This document shows, one piece after another, positions 61,296-64,000 of a stretch of DNA of 64,000 nucleotides. The DNA is from Eledone cirrhosa (Eukaryota), in assembly GCA_964016885.1 (NCBI GenBank), contig OZ024741.1:224564001-224628000 (forward strand), read 5' to 3'. The notes under the pieces were generated by a model. The model saw only the letters and a program-made list of their open reading frames with translations. It was not told where the DNA came from and did not search any database. Each line of letters begins with the position of its first letter. Positions within the stretch are counted from its first letter, which is position 1. A program made the position numbers and the translations under genes.

Positions 61296-64000
61296 TCATC
61301 ATCATCATCTTCATCATCATCATCATCACCGTTTTACGTCCGTTCTTCCATGCTAGCATGGGTTAGACGGGTTGTCCTGTTGTGGGCAGTGTCTGGTCGG
61401 CTGTCCATGCCTTGCTCATACAGGAACTGATTTTGGCTTGTTTTCTACAGCTGGATGCCCTTCCTAACACCAACCTCATTTACAGTGAGTGCTGGGTGCT
61501 TTTTTGCCGTGGCACCTCCACGACCACTTTGCAGTGGGAGGGTGTGGGGACATATTGTCTATATGCTTCAGTTTGTACCCATGGGAGGTCGGGTACTCTG
61601 TATTACTGCGTGACGCCAGAGGTCACGGTCGTGTGTCATCGCCTTTGAGAGGTGTAATTGGGTAAGGTCGGCTTTTATCATCTCATCCCAGGTCGTCTTG
61701 GGTCTCCCCACTCCGAGGTTTCCATCGACTTCTAGTGTTCTGCACCTTTTTATGCAGCTGTCATCCTTCATACGCATCACATGTCCATACTAATGCAACC
61801 ACCTCTCCTGCACACAGCATTTGATTCCTCTTATGCTCAGTCTCTCTCTCAATTCATTTATGCTTTGCCATTCACGTATGTTACTATTACACATCATCAG
61901 AGCATGCAGGCTTCGTTTCTTTCTAATCTACGTAAGCCTTCCACCTTCAGCACCCAGGTCTCACTACTATGTACCATTGCTGTTCGGATACACGCATCAT
62001 ACAGTCTGCCTTTCATTTTGAGGGAAAAGCCTTTTGCAGCTAGCAGTGGCAGTAGTTCCCTGAACTTCTTCCCTTCCGTTCTTACTCTAGTTATTGTACT
62101 TTCTGAACACCCACCTCCGCTGCTAATTCGGTCACCTAGGTAGAAGAAGCTGTCTACTGTTTCTACAGAGCCCTCTCAGAGATTGGTGGTACTTGTTTCC
62201 TGTGGCTGTTTGCTGCTTGCTGTCCCAGCATAGCTGCTACATGTGAAACCTACATTCTTAATTAAGCTTCCTGAAATCCTGCTACATCTTTTGTGAACCC
62301 ATTGTTTGCATTTGGGGCAGAGAATGGAGTTCCTACCTACACCTTTCCTACATACTGAGCAAGGCCATTTCCCTGAGGGGATCTGGGTTCTGTTTTCTAG
62401 TCTACTTACAAGGACCTTAGTCTTTGTCAGGTTGACTTTGAGACCCTTTCTTTCTAGTCCCTGCTTCCAAGTTTGGAATTTCTTCTCTAGTTCTACCACA
62501 GATTCAGCTATAAGTGCGAGGTCATCTGCATACAGGAGTTCCCATGGGCATCCGGTCTTAAACTCCTCCATTATTGCCTGCAGGACTATGATGAACAGGA
62601 GAGGGCTAAGAACAGAGCCCTGGTGGACACCAACCTGTACGCTAAATTCCTCACTATACTCATTGCTAATCCTAACTTTGCTGACTGCTCCCCTATACAT
62701 GGCTTGTACAGCTTTCACAAACCATTCATCTACTCCTAGTTTTCTAAGAGCCCACCAGATTATAGCACGTGGAACTCTGTCAAAGGCTTTCTCGAGACCG
62801 ACGAATGCTAGGTAGAGTGGCTTACTTATAGCTAGGTACTTTTCCTGTAACTGCCTCACAAGGAAGAGGGCATCAGTGGTGCCTCTTCCTGGTACAAACC
62901 TAAATTGCATCTCATCTAGTTTCACCTGGTCCCTAATCAACTGTGCTATAACTCTTTCTGTTATTTTCATGACCTGGTCCATCAGCTTTATACCTCTATA
63001 GTTTCCTCTATCTAGTGCATCACCTTTACCTTTGTAGCAGTTGACAGTGATGCTACTGCACCAATCTTTTGGTATGACACCAAGTATTACCTGGTTAACA
63101 ATACGTGTGGTTATAGTGTGACCTACAGACCCAGATGCCTTCAGCATCTCGGCATCTATACCCAATGGACCGGTTGCCTTCCCCATCTTCATATCTTTGA
63201 TTGCCTTACTTACTACGCTGCTGCTGACTTATTATGATGGCCCCTCTATAGGGTCTACTTGGGGTAGGGTCTCTTCTTCCCATGCATTCTCCTCATTTAG
63301 TAATCTATCATAATGGCTCTTCCATGCATCTTTCTTCTCAGCACTTGTGAGGGCAAGCTCACCTTTATCATTCTGGATACACTTCTCTCCAATGACATCA
63401 CAATTCTCTCTGACACACTGCCTCGCAATCTTGAACACCTCCTGTTTCTGGTCCTCACGTTGCAAAACCTTCTTGAATTTTCTATCCTCTGCTTCCCTCC
63501 TAGCTAAGTATACTTGTCGCCTAGCTTCTCTCTTGGTCTCTATGTAATATACCCTGCTTCCCCCGTTCGTCCATTCTTTCCATGCCTGTCTCTTGGCCTT
63601 AACTGCCTCATCTACCTTATTGTTCCACTACCAAGTCACTCTCCTCCTGCTTGTGGTCTTACTCCAGCCACAGATCTCATCCGTCGCCTCTAGTAAGTTA
63701 TTTTTTAGGAACTCCAAGTGCTCTTCTACATTGAATGTCTCTATCTGTTCTTCTTTATTGTCGTAGGCATTGAGTAAAATATCTTTAAATCTGTTACTGG
63801 CTGAGGGGTCTTTCAGCTTCCAGATCTTTCTTCTCCAGGTTGGCCTCTGTTTCCAGGACCGTCTAGTTCTGACCGTGAGGTCGCTGATAACTAAGCTATG
63901 TTGGGAGATACATTCCTCACTAGGGAAGGCTTTTGTGTTTACGACCGCCCATCTGTCACGTCCTCTGATGAGGATCAAATCTATCTGACTAGAATGTTCC
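61296..64000 (-). mobile_element. RTE-clade LINE, running off the window end
   Basis: ORF 62176-63192 with [17 protein letters not shown] and the Cys/His finger; 3' UTR and (GAT)n tail near 61300. Confidence 0.93.

Overview
AT-rich, microsatellite- and transposon-dense eukaryotic DNA. The repeat repertoire (RTE and CR1 LINEs, tRNA-derived SINEs with RTE tails, long (TA)n) suggests an octopus/cephalopod genome, which is an inference. The window holds one complete multi-exon gene on the + strand, CFAP298 (C21orf59/kurly). Its 7 coding exons (19236-40472) splice into a 287-aa protein, and it has a probable non-coding first exon ending at 14042 with a consensus RFX X-box. Facing it on the - strand is the last coding exon of an EVA1/FAM176-family gene (EVA1C-like), the same convergent neighbour CFAP298 has in human. 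The rest is mobile DNA: CR1, RTE (with a PHD-like finger inside the RT ORF), two tandem Tx1-like LINEs, a mariner relic, piggyBac/hAT/Tigger-like MITEs, Penelope-like relics, a 29-bp satellite and a 204-bp G-rich repeat. The most interesting hidden signal is a set of minimal type-I hammerhead ribozyme motifs on both strands. Four have an intact CUGANGA/GAAA core with all three stems (12278+, 15737+, 15900-, 51756+) and several more are degenerate. Two unrelated fold-back elements carry a hammerhead motif in each polarity (51531-51860 and 11480-11705).
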